Below are positions 1 to 9,604 of a stretch of DNA of 64,000 nucleotides, one piece after another (positions within the stretch are counted from its first letter, which is position 1; the number at the start of each line of letters is the position of its first letter). The position numbers and the translations under genes are program-made. The notes under the pieces are model-generated. The model searched no databases. It was not told the origin of the DNA and worked only from the letters and a program-made list of their open reading frames with translations. The DNA is from an uncultured virus (IMG/VR IMGVR_UViG_3300033153_010090) (taxonomy: Duplodnaviria; Heunggongvirae; Uroviricota; Caudoviricetes): IMG/VR virus record IMGVR_UViG_3300033153_010090; one strand, written 5' to 3'.

Positions 1-1138
1 CGTACCCCTGCGGAGGTCCCTTCGGAAGGTCAGTGGCCTTGCCCACCACGCGGCCGGCGATGACATCCTGGAATGCGTACTGGCTGCCGTTGTTGAACAG
101 CTGCACAGGTAGGGACTTCATGCTGAAGTCGTAGACCTTGGGGAAGACCCAGCCCACAAGCTGGTGCCCCATGTTGTCCTGGACCCGCCAGATGCCAAAC
201 TGATCGGCGACCCGGTCCTCCGTGTCCTCCTCCTCTTGCATGAGTTCGCCGCCCGCCTCAGCACCAGGTGCTGCGGTGACCTCACCCTCCTGGCCCATCT
301 GCTCACCGAGCTGACCCGGACCAGCCATCTGCTGGGCCTGGTCCGGCGGAACCTCCTCCTGCTGTGGGGCGTAGCCGTCAACTGCAGCCCACTTCACCAG
401 GTAGTTGCCGTTGGGCAGCCGCTTCATCTGGACCACATCAGGCGGGATGGCGTCCACCAAAGCACTCGCCGTCTTGACCGGGTCCGTCGCCTCGAGAGAC
501 AGGGCTGAGAGCAGGGCAGCCTGAACACCCTCATCGCCGTTGGCGTAAGCCGTGACGAGGTCCGGGTCCCGGGTGGCCTCCTTGATACGGTCGGAGTGGG
601 TGTTGAGCACGTGCCCATCAAGCTGGGGCAAGAGCGGAACAACCTCTGCCAGCTCTGCGCTCCCCATCTTCATCCCCACGTTGCCGTAACCACCAGCAGC
701 AGAAGGAGGAAAGAGCTCCTGGCCGATCATCGGCTCGGGCTGCCGCGGGACCACCTTGTCGAAGGTCTCCGGCTTGAAGAGGGCCGCCATGAGACGTGGC
801 TCCGACATCCTGCTGTAGCGCTTACCGTGAATGAAGATGTCCAGCGGCTGGAGCATCTGCTCCTTCACCACGACAGGAATGTGCACCTTGCTCAGGCGGC
901 TGGGGGATTGCGCGCCCTTGGCGGTGATCTCCACAGACCCGAAAGCGAACCCGCGCTCCTCGTCCATCTTGTCGAGCACGGCATGCGCGTCAAAGCGGCC
1001 GAGGAAAGGAAGCTGCTTGTATGCCTCCTGCACGATTTCTTGTGGCCACATGCCGACGTTGTCGCCGAGCCGTGTCTTCATGCCCGCCGACTTCTCGAAC
1101 TCGACTGGCTTATCCAGGAACAGAGGCTCTGTGCTCAT
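1..1138 (-). CDS. Probable virion/head protein, truncated at window start (MSTEPLFLDKPVEFEKSAGMKTRLGDN...)
   Basis: ATG at 1138 preceded by TAAGGAG; frame is open to the window edge; not in the ORF track; contains the EKSAG and VKTASA K-x-A motifs shared with other head-region proteins. Confidence 0.75.
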   Translation of the reverse strand, partial: MSTEPLFLDKPVEFEKSAGMKTRLGDNVGMWPQEIVQEAYKQLPFLGRFDAHAVLDKMDEERGFAFGSVEITAKGAQSPSRLSKVHIPVVVKEQMLQPLDIFIHGKRYSRMSEPRLMAALFKPETFDKVVPRQPEPMIGQELFPPSAAGGYGNVGMKMGSAELAEVVPLLPQLDGHVLNTHSDRIKEATRDPDLVTAYANGDEGVQAALLSALSLEATDPVKTASALVDAIPPDVVQMKRLPNGNYLVKWAAVDGYAPQQEEVPPDQAQQMAGPGQLGEQMGQEGEVTAAPGAEAGGELMQEEEDTEDRVADQFGIWRVQDNMGHQLVGWVFPKVYDFSMKSLPVQLFNNGSQYAFQDVIAGRVVGKATDLPKGPPQGY

Positions 1139-1147
1139 GGCTTCTCC

Positions 1148-2299
1148 TTACGCAGTAAAGCTCTTGGTGCTGAGGAGCATGGGCAACTGACTAGCCACGC
1201 TCGCTAGACCCGGGGCAGCAATGACCGGGGCCGGCGCACCTAAAACGACCTGGGCTGTGGGGCAAACAAAAGTACTGATCTGTGCGATGAGACTGGAAAG
1301 CACGGCTACCAACTGGTCACCATGGACCAATGGGTGGGCAGCAGAGGGCCCACCCAGATGAATGGTTGCTCCGTCGATGAACATCTGGGCCGCAGCCTCC
1401 AGTGTGGCGGTGGTACCCGCCTTCAAGTTCACGTCGAGGTCGCTCTCAATGGAAGCAGACTGGGCCGATCTGTAACTCATCGTCCCGCCAACTTCCGTGC
1501 TGTGGTTCCCGTCGATGGTCTCAGTCCGGTTCCCGTGGACGAGAGAGGTTACATCCTTCTGGATCTCCCAGTTGACATTCCCCTCCTTGGTGATCTCTAA
1601 ACGCACCATAGTGTCCGCGTCCGCAGCGCCAGATGCCTTCACCAACATGTTCAGTGTAGTCTGGCTACCCTCCCCATGGGAACCAGCGGTCAGTTCGACG
1701 ATGTGCTCCTTATCGTTGGCCTTCTCCTTCACCAACAACGAGAACTTTGTCATGACGTCGCCGTCGGTGGTCTTCTCCGTCCGGTCCGCAAGCCAAGTCA
1801 GCTCCCCACCGAAGGTAAACAGCTGGTAGTTCTCACAAAAGTCACGAATGAAGTTCTGGATCGGGATGTACATTCGTTGTGCAGCGGAGGTCGCCCCAAT
1901 CTGCACGCCACCACCGCGGCGGAGGATGATGAAGTTCTCATCCCGAGTCTTCATCATCATGTCGCCCGGGTTTAACTGTGCACGATTCGAGGCGAAGTTG
2001 TCATTGTCTTCATCGTGTGGAGCCTGGAAGCCCAGGATGAATGGCACAGCGTGGAGACCCTCACTGGGGGTACAAACCCACACCAGCGCACCTATTTCAG
2101 GCACCGCATAGATGCCCTCGCCGTTGGTGTAGTGGAGGTAGGGGGTCATGATCTGGATGTCGAAGTACTTCTTGTCGCCATGCTCGGAGATGGCGTCGAC
2201 GGTCCAGTCCGCAATGTTGACGTTCGTGATCCTACCGGTCTCCACGACCGGTGAGATAAACTTGGTGTCCTGAATACCACGCGTCATCAGTACAACCAC
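1148..2299 (-). CDS. Baseplate central spike/hub protein (gp5/GpV-like)
   Basis: N-terminal OB-fold-like segment (VPEIGALVWV), beta-strand repeats (HGNRTETIDGNHSTEVGG), C-terminal HLGG..AHPLVHGDQL typical of contractile-tail spikes. Confidence 0.65.
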   Translation of the reverse strand: MVVLMTRGIQDTKFISPVVETGRITNVNIADWTVDAISEHGDKKYFDIQIMTPYLHYTNGEGIYAVPEIGALVWVCTPSEGLHAVPFILGFQAPHDEDNDNFASNRAQLNPGDMMMKTRDENFIILRRGGGVQIGATSAAQRMYIPIQNFIRDFCENYQLFTFGGELTWLADRTEKTTDGDVMTKFSLLVKEKANDKEHIVELTAGSHGEGSQTTLNMLVKASGAADADTMVRLEITKEGNVNWEIQKDVTSLVHGNRTETIDGNHSTEVGGTMSYRSAQSASIESDLDVNLKAGTTATLEAAAQMFIDGATIHLGGPSAAHPLVHGDQLVAVLSSLIAQISTFVCPTAQVVLGAPAPVIAAPGLASVASQLPMLLSTKSFTA

Positions 2300-5200
2300 G
2301 GAGCTTGCTCGGTCCCGAGACCGAACTCTTTTCCGTAAGCCATGCCCGGGATGGGGTGCCTGCTGTGGATGTTGGACTTCCAGCCCTGGGCTGCACCATC
2401 TTCCAAACTGGTCTTCAACCTCGTGGCCTGCATTCTGGCCAGCCAGTCCGTCTGCATCTCCAGCGGCATGATGTTGACCCCCTTCAGGATGGGCGTGTGC
2501 TGCACAGGCTTCTTACCTGCTGAGAGTTTACTGTTGAAGCTGTTGATCTCCGAGGTGGCTGTGGTGTCTCCCCTCAAAAGCCCGTAGTGGGAACCCGGGT
2601 CGTTCACCGCGCTGAGGTTGGTCAGTGAACGGACCACCACCTCCGCGTTCCTGCGATGGAGGGGGGTCTTCTTGTTGTAGACCGCCACGATCTCGTCGGT
2701 CAGGTACCGCTGCACGGAACCGATGCCGGTGAGCGGAAGCATGTGACGGGGGTTCTTCGGACCAGACGACAGGGCGTCCCCCCGCTTCACTGCCTGTCCT
2801 TGCTTCACCGCCAGCTCGTTTCGGCCTGGAACAAAGTGGCGTTGGCCACCCACCTGCACATTCCAGCCACCAGCTGGGTCCTTGTCGACCTTCTCGATCT
2901 TGCCGGCCATGGTGGATAGCGTAGCCGCGCCGGCGACCTTCTCTGGGAGCTCGACCAGCTGCTTCAGCCTATCGAACTGCCCAACTGCGTGGGCGCTCTT
3001 CGACCCAGCGACACCACCCTCGTGGAAGGAACGGAGAACCAGCTGGGTGGTGGGCTCGCCGAGGGCCTGGGCTGCTTTGATCCCGACGTTGTCCCCCTTG
3101 GGAAACTGCTGACCGTCCTCATTCAGACCCATGCACTTGGCACAGATTCCCGAACCGTGGGCGCACTTCAACGGCGTCCGGACAGGAATCTCCTTCACCT
3201 TGTTGTTCTTGAGCCGGGTCATCACCTCGGGAGTCACCAGGGTGCCCGCCGGGATCTTCCCCTTGTCCTTGCCCCCCTTCACCCCGAACCTTATCTCCTT
3301 CGTGGTGAAGCGATCCAGCGCGTTGGTATCGTCTACGCCGAAGGTGATGCCCTTGGACGTCTCGCAGTCATCGGCGGTGACCACCTGGTTGATGGCCGTG
3401 TTGATCATCTGCTTCGAAAGAGCACCAGGCAGCTCAGTGCCTCGTCCCTTACCGATCATACCCATGCGAGCACCGTGCATGGCCGTCCAGTACTGACCTG
3501 CCGACAGCCCCTCGGAGTAGGACTTGGTGATAGGCACGGGCACCGTCTTCCCCGAGCTGTCGAGCACGAGCATGGGAGCGATAGCGAGCTGCTTAAACTG
3601 GTCCCAGCTTCCACGGGAGCCGGACTTCACCCAGTCATACATCCGGTTGCCCGAAGTCTGCATCTGCTTCTTGGTGCGGTCCGAGATGACCTCGTCAGCC
3701 TTTGTGTACAGCTTGATGACAGCGTCGTTCTTTTGCTTCTTCGTCATCTTCGACGACCGGATCTTGGTTTCGGTCGCCTTGGCTGACCGAAGAACTCGGT
3801 CCCGCTCTGTACGGTTGGGTGCGAAGTCCTCGAGCCCCATGGAGAACCCAGTCGCGTACTCGTTTCCAAGGTCCTTCAGATTGTCAGTGGTCTGAGCGTA
3901 GTCTCCCTTCTTCTTGCGAGCCACCTCAGACAGCTTCTTGGAGAGAACACTCTTCGTCATCTCGAACTTAGGATCTGTGAGCATCTTGCTGTCGCGTACT
4001 TCTTCCGGCAGTGAGTTGTGAAGAAGAAGCCGACCCACCGTAGTCTTCACCGGTTTGGCTGCGGTCTTCACAATGCTCTTCGGGTCCTCGATCTTCCCAC
4101 TTATGTTCTTGATGGTGACCACATCGGTCATGTCAATCTTGCCGAGGTGTGCAGCCTTGGCGGCCTCCGCCGGAGTGGCGAAGACATGCTTGGTCTTCTT
4201 CCCCATCTGACTCAGCTTGAAGATACCGAGAGCGGCCTCGTGGTCGGGCTTGTAGGCAATGTCACCCCACGACTGGCTGAACAGATTGTTCGAGGGGAAC
4301 ATCTTGTGAGCTTCCTTCACCGCCGCAGGGGTGACAGGAACAAAAGCGCTCATGGTGTCGCCGTCAAAGTCTGCGTTGTACCCCGACGTGACGAGCGGGT
4401 GAATCTTGATGGTCTTCCCCTCTACCAACTGCGGACGGAAGGCCTGCACACCCTGCTTGTGCAGCACCGGGTCACGCTTCAGAAGGACAGGTCGGTTCGA
4501 TGCTTCGATCTCGAGCGCGCGCCGGGCGGTCGGTGAGTCTTCCTTGATGTGCTTCTGCGCCTCCAAAGGAGAAAGACCCATCCTCACCATCCGAGCGACG
4601 GTGAAGGGCTTGTACATCTCAGAAGCCGCCTTGCGGGGGAGGCCCACCTCATCCAGATTGAGCGTGGGGTCCGGCACAATAGTACTGCGCATCGACATGT
4701 CTTGCCGACGGCCGATCACCTTGTCCTGGAAGAAGCCCAGCTTCGGTGGCTTGCCCCGCGGCCCTGCGATCTGTTCCACGATGCCGGAACGATGCCGCCG
4801 CTTGTAGGTCATGCCCGTAAGATTCAAAGCCTTCAAGCCATCGTACAACTCATTGACGAGTGGGTGCCTCTCTTCCTCTGGCATACCCTTGTCGAAGGTC
4901 TTCAACTGGTGGTTAGGAGCACCAACGCCCCCTGCATAGATGCCGTTCAAGTCTGCTTCGTTGAGGTCACCATTAGGCATCACTGAAATAGGCCGCATGT
5001 TCGCGGGCAACACGGGCACGTACTTCATCGTGTAGGCCTCCTTCGGGGAGAGGCCTGCGGTCTTCAGTGCACGGAGAAATTTAATCTTCTTGTTGGCGGT
5101 GTCGAGCTTGGCACCACGAAGATCGGCGACCGAGTTCTCCAACGAGCCCAGATCCTTCTCCACATCGATCTTGGACAGAGCACTCACAACGGCCTTGGCA

Positions 5201-8200
5201 CTTGTCTTCCCCTCGATCTCGACCTTACCCTCCATCACGCTACCGAACTCCTTTGTGTTCAGCCCAAGCAGAGTCCGTACGGGCTTCTCGAAGGTGGGGT
5301 TGGGCATGCGCTCGGAGAGCTTGATGTGGGCCCACTTGTCACCGAACCGACCCTTAGGCCAGCGGGTACCAGTAACAACGGGGTCGAAGAGACCATCCTT
5401 CTCCGGGGTCGCATCCTTGGCGCGCAACCGCCGGCCCGGGTCTTTGATCTCCCCGTTACTCAGGGCAAGTGTGCCCTTGTCAGTAAGGGGCTCAAGCACC
5501 AAGGAGTTGCCGTCCTTCTTCACGTTAACGCCGGCGCCCCGGAGCATGGACTCGAACTTCTTGTAGACGAAGGGAACCCTGGGTGGAGGGATAGGCTCAC
5601 CCGTCTGCATCTTTGCCCACAACTCGTCGTTCATGTCCGACTTGATAGTCTGCATCTCCCGAACGTTCGCGGTCGCACCGTGAGCTAACAGAGCGTACAT
5701 GCCGCTAGCGTCCATGGACTGACCCCCGTGAGGGCCACCGCGCTGTGGCGTCATGTTCCCCGTGTAGGTATCGCGGGAGCGAGCGGACAGCTTCTTCTCC
5801 GCCGTGTGGTGGAGCTTGAGAATGTACTGCTTGCCCGCCAGCACCTTCTCCTTGAAAGGCTTCTTGGTCTGTGGGTCGAACATCTCCTCGGTAGCAGAGA
5901 GTCCGTGTTGCTTGAGCTCCGCCATCACCTTCGCCGCCTGGTCAGGGACATCAGGGTCGAAGTTGTTGGTGGCGTAGATCTTACCCGTCTTCTCCGCGAT
6001 CTTTGATGCTGCGGTCTCGAACGCCTGACCAATGTTGATGCGGCCCGGAATACCAGCGGGGTTCAAGAGAATCTCGGCAGCGGTCCCGTCTTTGAACGTG
6101 GGCATCTCAACGTCGGCCAAGACAGAGGTGACGATGCCCTTGTTACCGTGCCGGCCGACTACCTTGTCTCCTACCTCGGCGGGGGTCTGGGTCTTCACAT
6201 AGACCGTAGTGTCCTTGCCATGCTTCACGACCTTGGAGACCATGCCCGGGTAGTCCTTCTCCCAGGTCTGCGGCCGGGCACGAACCGGCTTCGCTGCCTT
6301 GCGGGAGAAGAGAGCGAGCTGCTTCTGCTCGGGGGTGAGTAGTTCCTTCTTCAGCTCACCAATGAGAATGTCCCCGGACTCTACGAGTTGGCCAGGCCTG
6401 ACGACTGCATCGTCGTCCAACTTGTCAGCCTGTGCCCTGGTGACCTTACCTGCAGTCTCCGCCAAGAACTTCCTCTTGTTGAGGATGGTGTTCTCATCGG
6501 AGCGGGTGGCCTGGCGGTGAAGGTGCTCGGAGGTGAGCTTCTTGGCCGCAGTCTCCGAAATGACGATGCCGTCCTCGAAGTTCAGCCCCTTCCAAGGCAT
6601 GTACGCAGTGCGCAGGTTGGTGCCCAGGGATAGTGTTCCGTCCCTGGTGAAGGATGTGTCGGCCACAGTCTGACCAGGCTTCACCTTGTCCCCCTTCTTC
6701 ACCAGGGGGGTGGAGTTGACCACGCTCTTGTCATCGTTCAAGGGGAAGTCGTCGTAGAGCTGCACCTCATGGCGCTTGCCCTTTCCATCCTTGACCATGA
6801 TGCTCTGCTTGCCTACGCGCTCGATGGTGCCAGCGACCGGGGAGTGGTGGGCACTGAGCATACCCACAGCCTTCTCGAACGTGCTGCCACGGTCACCGCG
6901 GGTCTGAACCAACGGCTGCTCTCGGTGGACCAAAGGCACGGCCTGCTCAAGCTGACGAGAGGCCACCATGCTCCGGTTGCCCTGGTCGTTCTGCAGGAAG
7001 GGCACCATGTTGGAAGAGACGTCGTACATCCCCTTGGTAGAGTCGAAGACGTAGTCCACCTTCTTCGGATCCAGCAGCATCATGTCACCGCCGGTCTCCA
7101 CAGCCTCCACCTGCTTGGAGCGCGGAACGAGCTTCCCATTCACCTTCTTGAACTGATCCGCGAAGGCGATGTTCGCATTGAGGGCGGCGCCCGGGCCAAC
7201 CATCTCCTTCTTCCCTGTCTTCAAGTTCACGAGGGGGATCTTCAGGTCCTGCCCCACCTTCCGTGCCCCCGAGGAAAGCTGGGTCACTGCACCAATGCGC
7301 TTCCCCTCAGGCGTGTGGACGGGGTCCAGGAATCCAGTGTGACTCGGGTTGATCGACTGAGCAGCGAGAGTGATCCTCCGCTCTGAGTCGATACCATGCT
7401 GCCCGAGGATGGTGGTCTTCCGTGCGCCGACCAAGAACCCCACAGGGTTACGTTGGTCCGACCGCTCCGAGAAAGATGAGTTGGTGAAGAACGATTTGAC
7501 TGGCTTGCCGAAGGTGTCCGGCGTGACGATGTCGGTGACCTTGTCCTTGCGGTCAATGTTGTTCTTCAGCTTCCTCGAGATGTCGTAGCGAGCGTCCTTG
7601 CTCAGGCGCTCCTGCATGAGGTCCTCGGCCGACCACAGCGCCTTGAACTCTAGAGAGTCCCGGTCGTCAGGCTTGTCCTCTTGGCGGGACACCCGCAGCA
7701 ACTTGCCTGCCCCACTGAGCAGAGCTTCACCGGACACCTTGTCGAAGGGCTGGCCCAGCGTCTTGGCGGTGGTGTCCTTGAGCAACTTCGTGTTGCCGAA
7801 TGTCTCCTTCACGTGGCCACGGATCTCATCCAGGTTATCCGAGGTCTTCCCCGTCATCGCCTTGTAGAGCTTGCGGAGGGCCTGGCCTTCGTTGACGTCC
7901 TTGTTGGCCTCGAAGACCTCCGACCCCCAGGTCTTCTCCATAGCCTTGTCGTCCACACCCATAGCCTTGAGCACCGGGTAGACGGGGACGTTGGAGTGGT
8001 TGTAGCCCAGGGTCATCTGCCGCTTGGCAGGATTGAAGTCCATGTCGAACCCCAACCCTTCGGCCAGGTTCCACTGCGACGACAGCTCACCATTGTCCTT
8101 AACCCGAGTGTAGACCCCAGATTTCAGACGGAACTGATTGCCGACCTGCCACTCGTTGCCATCCACGATGTGACTGTAGCGGCGTGTGATCTTCGGTAAC

Positions 8201-8472
8201 TGAGCAATCGTGACTGTCTTGGCATCCTTCACCTTGCCGGTCGCCTTGTCACGGAGCTCGACCGTGGCCTTGACCGGAACAGTCCAACTACGACCCTTCA
8301 GCCGCGCGTCTTGCTGGCCGCGGATGTCGTCGATGTCCTTGTTGTCCTGGACGGTGACGTTCTTGATGGTGAGGGTATTCTTGGACCCCTCAACGGGGAA
8401 GTGCCCCTTGACCGCTTCAACCGTTCTCTCTTTCAGGGTCTCAAAGGCATCCTCTGGAGCGAAGTGAGCCAT
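2287..8472 (-). CDS. Single-polypeptide DNA-directed RNA polymerase, fused beta + beta-prime
   Basis: Beta motifs HTPEGKRIG, GLNFEDGIVIS, GDKVVGRHGNKGIV, YILKLHH; beta-prime motifs GRRQDMSMRSTI, KRDPVLH, NADFDGD, CAHGSGICAKC, AAQALGEPTTQLVLRSFH. Confidence 0.97.
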   Translation of the reverse strand: MAHFAPEDAFETLKERTVEAVKGHFPVEGSKNTLTIKNVTVQDNKDIDDIRGQQDARLKGRSWTVPVKATVELRDKATGKVKDAKTVTIAQLPKITRRYSHIVDGNEWQVGNQFRLKSGVYTRVKDNGELSSQWNLAEGLGFDMDFNPAKRQMTLGYNHSNVPVYPVLKAMGVDDKAMEKTWGSEVFEANKDVNEGQALRKLYKAMTGKTSDNLDEIRGHVKETFGNTKLLKDTTAKTLGQPFDKVSGEALLSGAGKLLRVSRQEDKPDDRDSLEFKALWSAEDLMQERLSKDARYDISRKLKNNIDRKDKVTDIVTPDTFGKPVKSFFTNSSFSERSDQRNPVGFLVGARKTTILGQHGIDSERRITLAAQSINPSHTGFLDPVHTPEGKRIGAVTQLSSGARKVGQDLKIPLVNLKTGKKEMVGPGAALNANIAFADQFKKVNGKLVPRSKQVEAVETGGDMMLLDPKKVDYVFDSTKGMYDVSSNMVPFLQNDQGNRSMVASRQLEQAVPLVHREQPLVQTRGDRGSTFEKAVGMLSAHHSPVAGTIERVGKQSIMVKDGKGKRHEVQLYDDFPLNDDKSVVNSTPLVKKGDKVKPGQTVADTSFTRDGTLSLGTNLRTAYMPWKGLNFEDGIVISETAAKKLTSEHLHRQATRSDENTILNKRKFLAETAGKVTRAQADKLDDDAVVRPGQLVESGDILIGELKKELLTPEQKQLALFSRKAAKPVRARPQTWEKDYPGMVSKVVKHGKDTTVYVKTQTPAEVGDKVVGRHGNKGIVTSVLADVEMPTFKDGTAAEILLNPAGIPGRINIGQAFETAASKIAEKTGKIYATNNFDPDVPDQAAKVMAELKQHGLSATEEMFDPQTKKPFKEKVLAGKQYILKLHHTAEKKLSARSRDTYTGNMTPQRGGPHGGQSMDASGMYALLAHGATANVREMQTIKSDMNDELWAKMQTGEPIPPPRVPFVYKKFESMLRGAGVNVKKDGNSLVLEPLTDKGTLALSNGEIKDPGRRLRAKDATPEKDGLFDPVVTGTRWPKGRFGDKWAHIKLSERMPNPTFEKPVRTLLGLNTKEFGSVMEGKVEIEGKTSAKAVVSALSKIDVEKDLGSLENSVADLRGAKLDTANKKIKFLRALKTAGLSPKEAYTMKYVPVLPANMRPISVMPNGDLNEADLNGIYAGGVGAPNHQLKTFDKGMPEEERHPLVNELYDGLKALNLTGMTYKRRHRSGIVEQIAGPRGKPPKLGFFQDKVIGRRQDMSMRSTIVPDPTLNLDEVGLPRKAASEMYKPFTVARMVRMGLSPLEAQKHIKEDSPTARRALEIEASNRPVLLKRDPVLHKQGVQAFRPQLVEGKTIKIHPLVTSGYNADFDGDTMSAFVPVTPAAVKEAHKMFPSNNLFSQSWGDIAYKPDHEAALGIFKLSQMGKKTKHVFATPAEAAKAAHLGKIDMTDVVTIKNISGKIEDPKSIVKTAAKPVKTTVGRLLLHNSLPEEVRDSKMLTDPKFEMTKSVLSKKLSEVARKKKGDYAQTTDNLKDLGNEYATGFSMGLEDFAPNRTERDRVLRSAKATETKIRSSKMTKKQKNDAVIKLYTKADEVISDRTKKQMQTSGNRMYDWVKSGSRGSWDQFKQLAIAPMLVLDSSGKTVPVPITKSYSEGLSAGQYWTAMHGARMGMIGKGRGTELPGALSKQMINTAINQVVTADDCETSKGITFGVDDTNALDRFTTKEIRFGVKGGKDKGKIPAGTLVTPEVMTRLKNNKVKEIPVRTPLKCAHGSGICAKCMGLNEDGQQFPKGDNVGIKAAQALGEPTTQLVLRSFHEGGVAGSKSAHAVGQFDRLKQLVELPEKVAGAATLSTMAGKIEKVDKDPAGGWNVQVGGQRHFVPGRNELAVKQGQAVKRGDALSSGPKNPRHMLPLTGIGSVQRYLTDEIVAVYNKKTPLHRRNAEVVVRSLTNLSAVNDPGSHYGLLRGDTTATSEINSFNSKLSAGKKPVQHTPILKGVNIMPLEMQTDWLARMQATRLKTSLEDGAAQGWKSNIHSRHPIPGMAYGKEFGLGTEQAPWLY

Positions 8473-8576
8473 CTTATCCTCCGAGCTTCGTCTTCAGCAG
8501 CGCCAGGCCGCCTCGAACCTCAACGTAAATCGTAGTGTCCTCAACCTGTTGCGGTCAAATAGAAACGCAATAATTC

Positions 8577-8584
8577 GGTATAAG
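8577..8584 (+). promoter_or_regulatory. GGTATAAG motif, putative phage promoter
   Basis: Same octamer lies in intergenic DNA upstream of five plus-strand transcription units. Confidence 0.55.
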
Positions 8585-8622
8585 CAGAATGGGAGGCCCC
8601 TTCGTGTTCATGAGGAGAGAGT

Positions 8623-8796
8623 ATGCCTGACACCTTCGACTGCGAATGGGAACCCCGAGATGTGTCCGACTGGTCCAGCGAGTCTTACCAGGAATTGTTC
8701 AGCGATCATCTGGATGATAACCTGATTGGAGGATGGGATGTGGATGACTCCAACGAGGGGTGCTACTCCCAGACAGGACCCGAAGGCGAGCAGTGA
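8623..8796 (+). CDS. Small acidic early protein (57 aa)
   Basis: GAGGAG RBS + ATG; MPDTFDCEWEPRDVSDW...EGEQ; 17 D/E versus 1 R and 0 K. Confidence 0.5.
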   Translation: MPDTFDCEWEPRDVSDWSSESYQELFSDHLDDNLIGGWDVDDSNEGCYSQTGPEGEQ

Positions 8797-9241
8797 TTTG
8801 GTACCTGGTCTGGATGTTCGTCGCCGGCGTTTTAAACGACCAAGCGACAAACCTCTCCCGAGACACGTACCAGTGGGAAAAAGGGCGGAACCCATTGTCG
8901 AGTGCATCGACTGTGGGAAACCGTCGCACTACCCACAAGCAGGCTGGATTCAACTAACTTACGGCTGGGTCGAGTACACCAAACGAGGGCCTCAGTACAA
9001 CCCGTACGAGGACGACCACCCTCAATGGTTATGCCCGATCTGTGCGGTCCGTAGGAAAGTAGACCCAGCCACGCTGCAGCTGGACAAGTGTAGATACTGC
9101 GGAGAACAGTTCTTCAAGAGCGAAACCGCAGTACGTTGCATCTCGGGGAATCCAGATGGCAGGGAGCGTCGCTTTGGCGGAGCGGCGCATTGGGCCTGCC
9201 TGTGCGAAGTCACAGGTCTGCTGTTGGGAAATGACTGGTAG
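8744..9241 (+). CDS. Hypothetical multi-zinc-ribbon protein
   Basis: CIDC, CPIC, CRYC and HWAC pairs; start uncertain. Confidence 0.6.
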   Translation: MTPTRGATPRQDPKASSDLVPGLDVRRRRFKRPSDKPLPRHVPVGKRAEPIVECIDCGKPSHYPQAGWIQLTYGWVEYTKRGPQYNPYEDDHPQWLCPICAVRRKVDPATLQLDKCRYCGEQFFKSETAVRCISGNPDGRERRFGGAAHWACLCEVTGLLLGNDW

Positions 9242-9494
9242 CGTCCTGCCCAACAAAGTGGACCCCATCTGCCAGCGGTGCGGAAAGGGGATCGCTACCA
9301 ATGACGTGCGCTTGTCCTGGGTTGAAGGCGACGAACGGGTCGAGGAAAGCTACTGCATGCAGTGCTTCAAAGGGCGGATCCTTGAATTCGTCGGCCCAGA
9401 GATCGAAGGACGAGTGCGCAAAGAAGAGGCGGAGCTGCATAAACTGGTGTGTCCGGCATGTGTCCGGCGTATCAGGAAGCGCAGCGGCGGGTGA
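9231..9494 (+). CDS. Hypothetical zinc-binding protein
   Basis: CQRC, CMQC, CPAC; overlaps the stop of the previous gene. Confidence 0.6.
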   Translation: MTGSVLPNKVDPICQRCGKGIATNDVRLSWVEGDERVEESYCMQCFKGRILEFVGPEIEGRVRKEEAELHKLVCPACVRRIRKRSGG

Positions 9495-9538
9495 GGAGGA
9501 GCCCTAACGGGGCCTCCCCCTCCTCCCCGCTTTTTAGC
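9487..9538 (+). terminator. Hairpin + T-tract terminator
   Basis: GAGGAGGAGCCC...GGGCCTCCCCCTCC followed by TTTTTAGC. Confidence 0.55.
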
Positions 9539-9562
9539 CCCGTAAATACCCGCGGTCAATTT

Positions 9563-9570
9563 GGTATAAG
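9563..9570 (+). promoter_or_regulatory. GGTATAAG motif, putative phage promoter
   Basis: Upstream of AAAGGAGGCCATTATG of the Myg1-like gene. Confidence 0.6.
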
Positions 9571-9604
9571 CATAGTACCAAACAGCATACCAAAGGAGGC
9601 CATT

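Noticed and set aside
2287..8472. Cellular rpoBC fusion (as in Helicobacter/Wolbachia)
   Set aside because: It is much shorter, highly diverged, and flanked by baseplate and portal genes rather than ribosomal protein genes.
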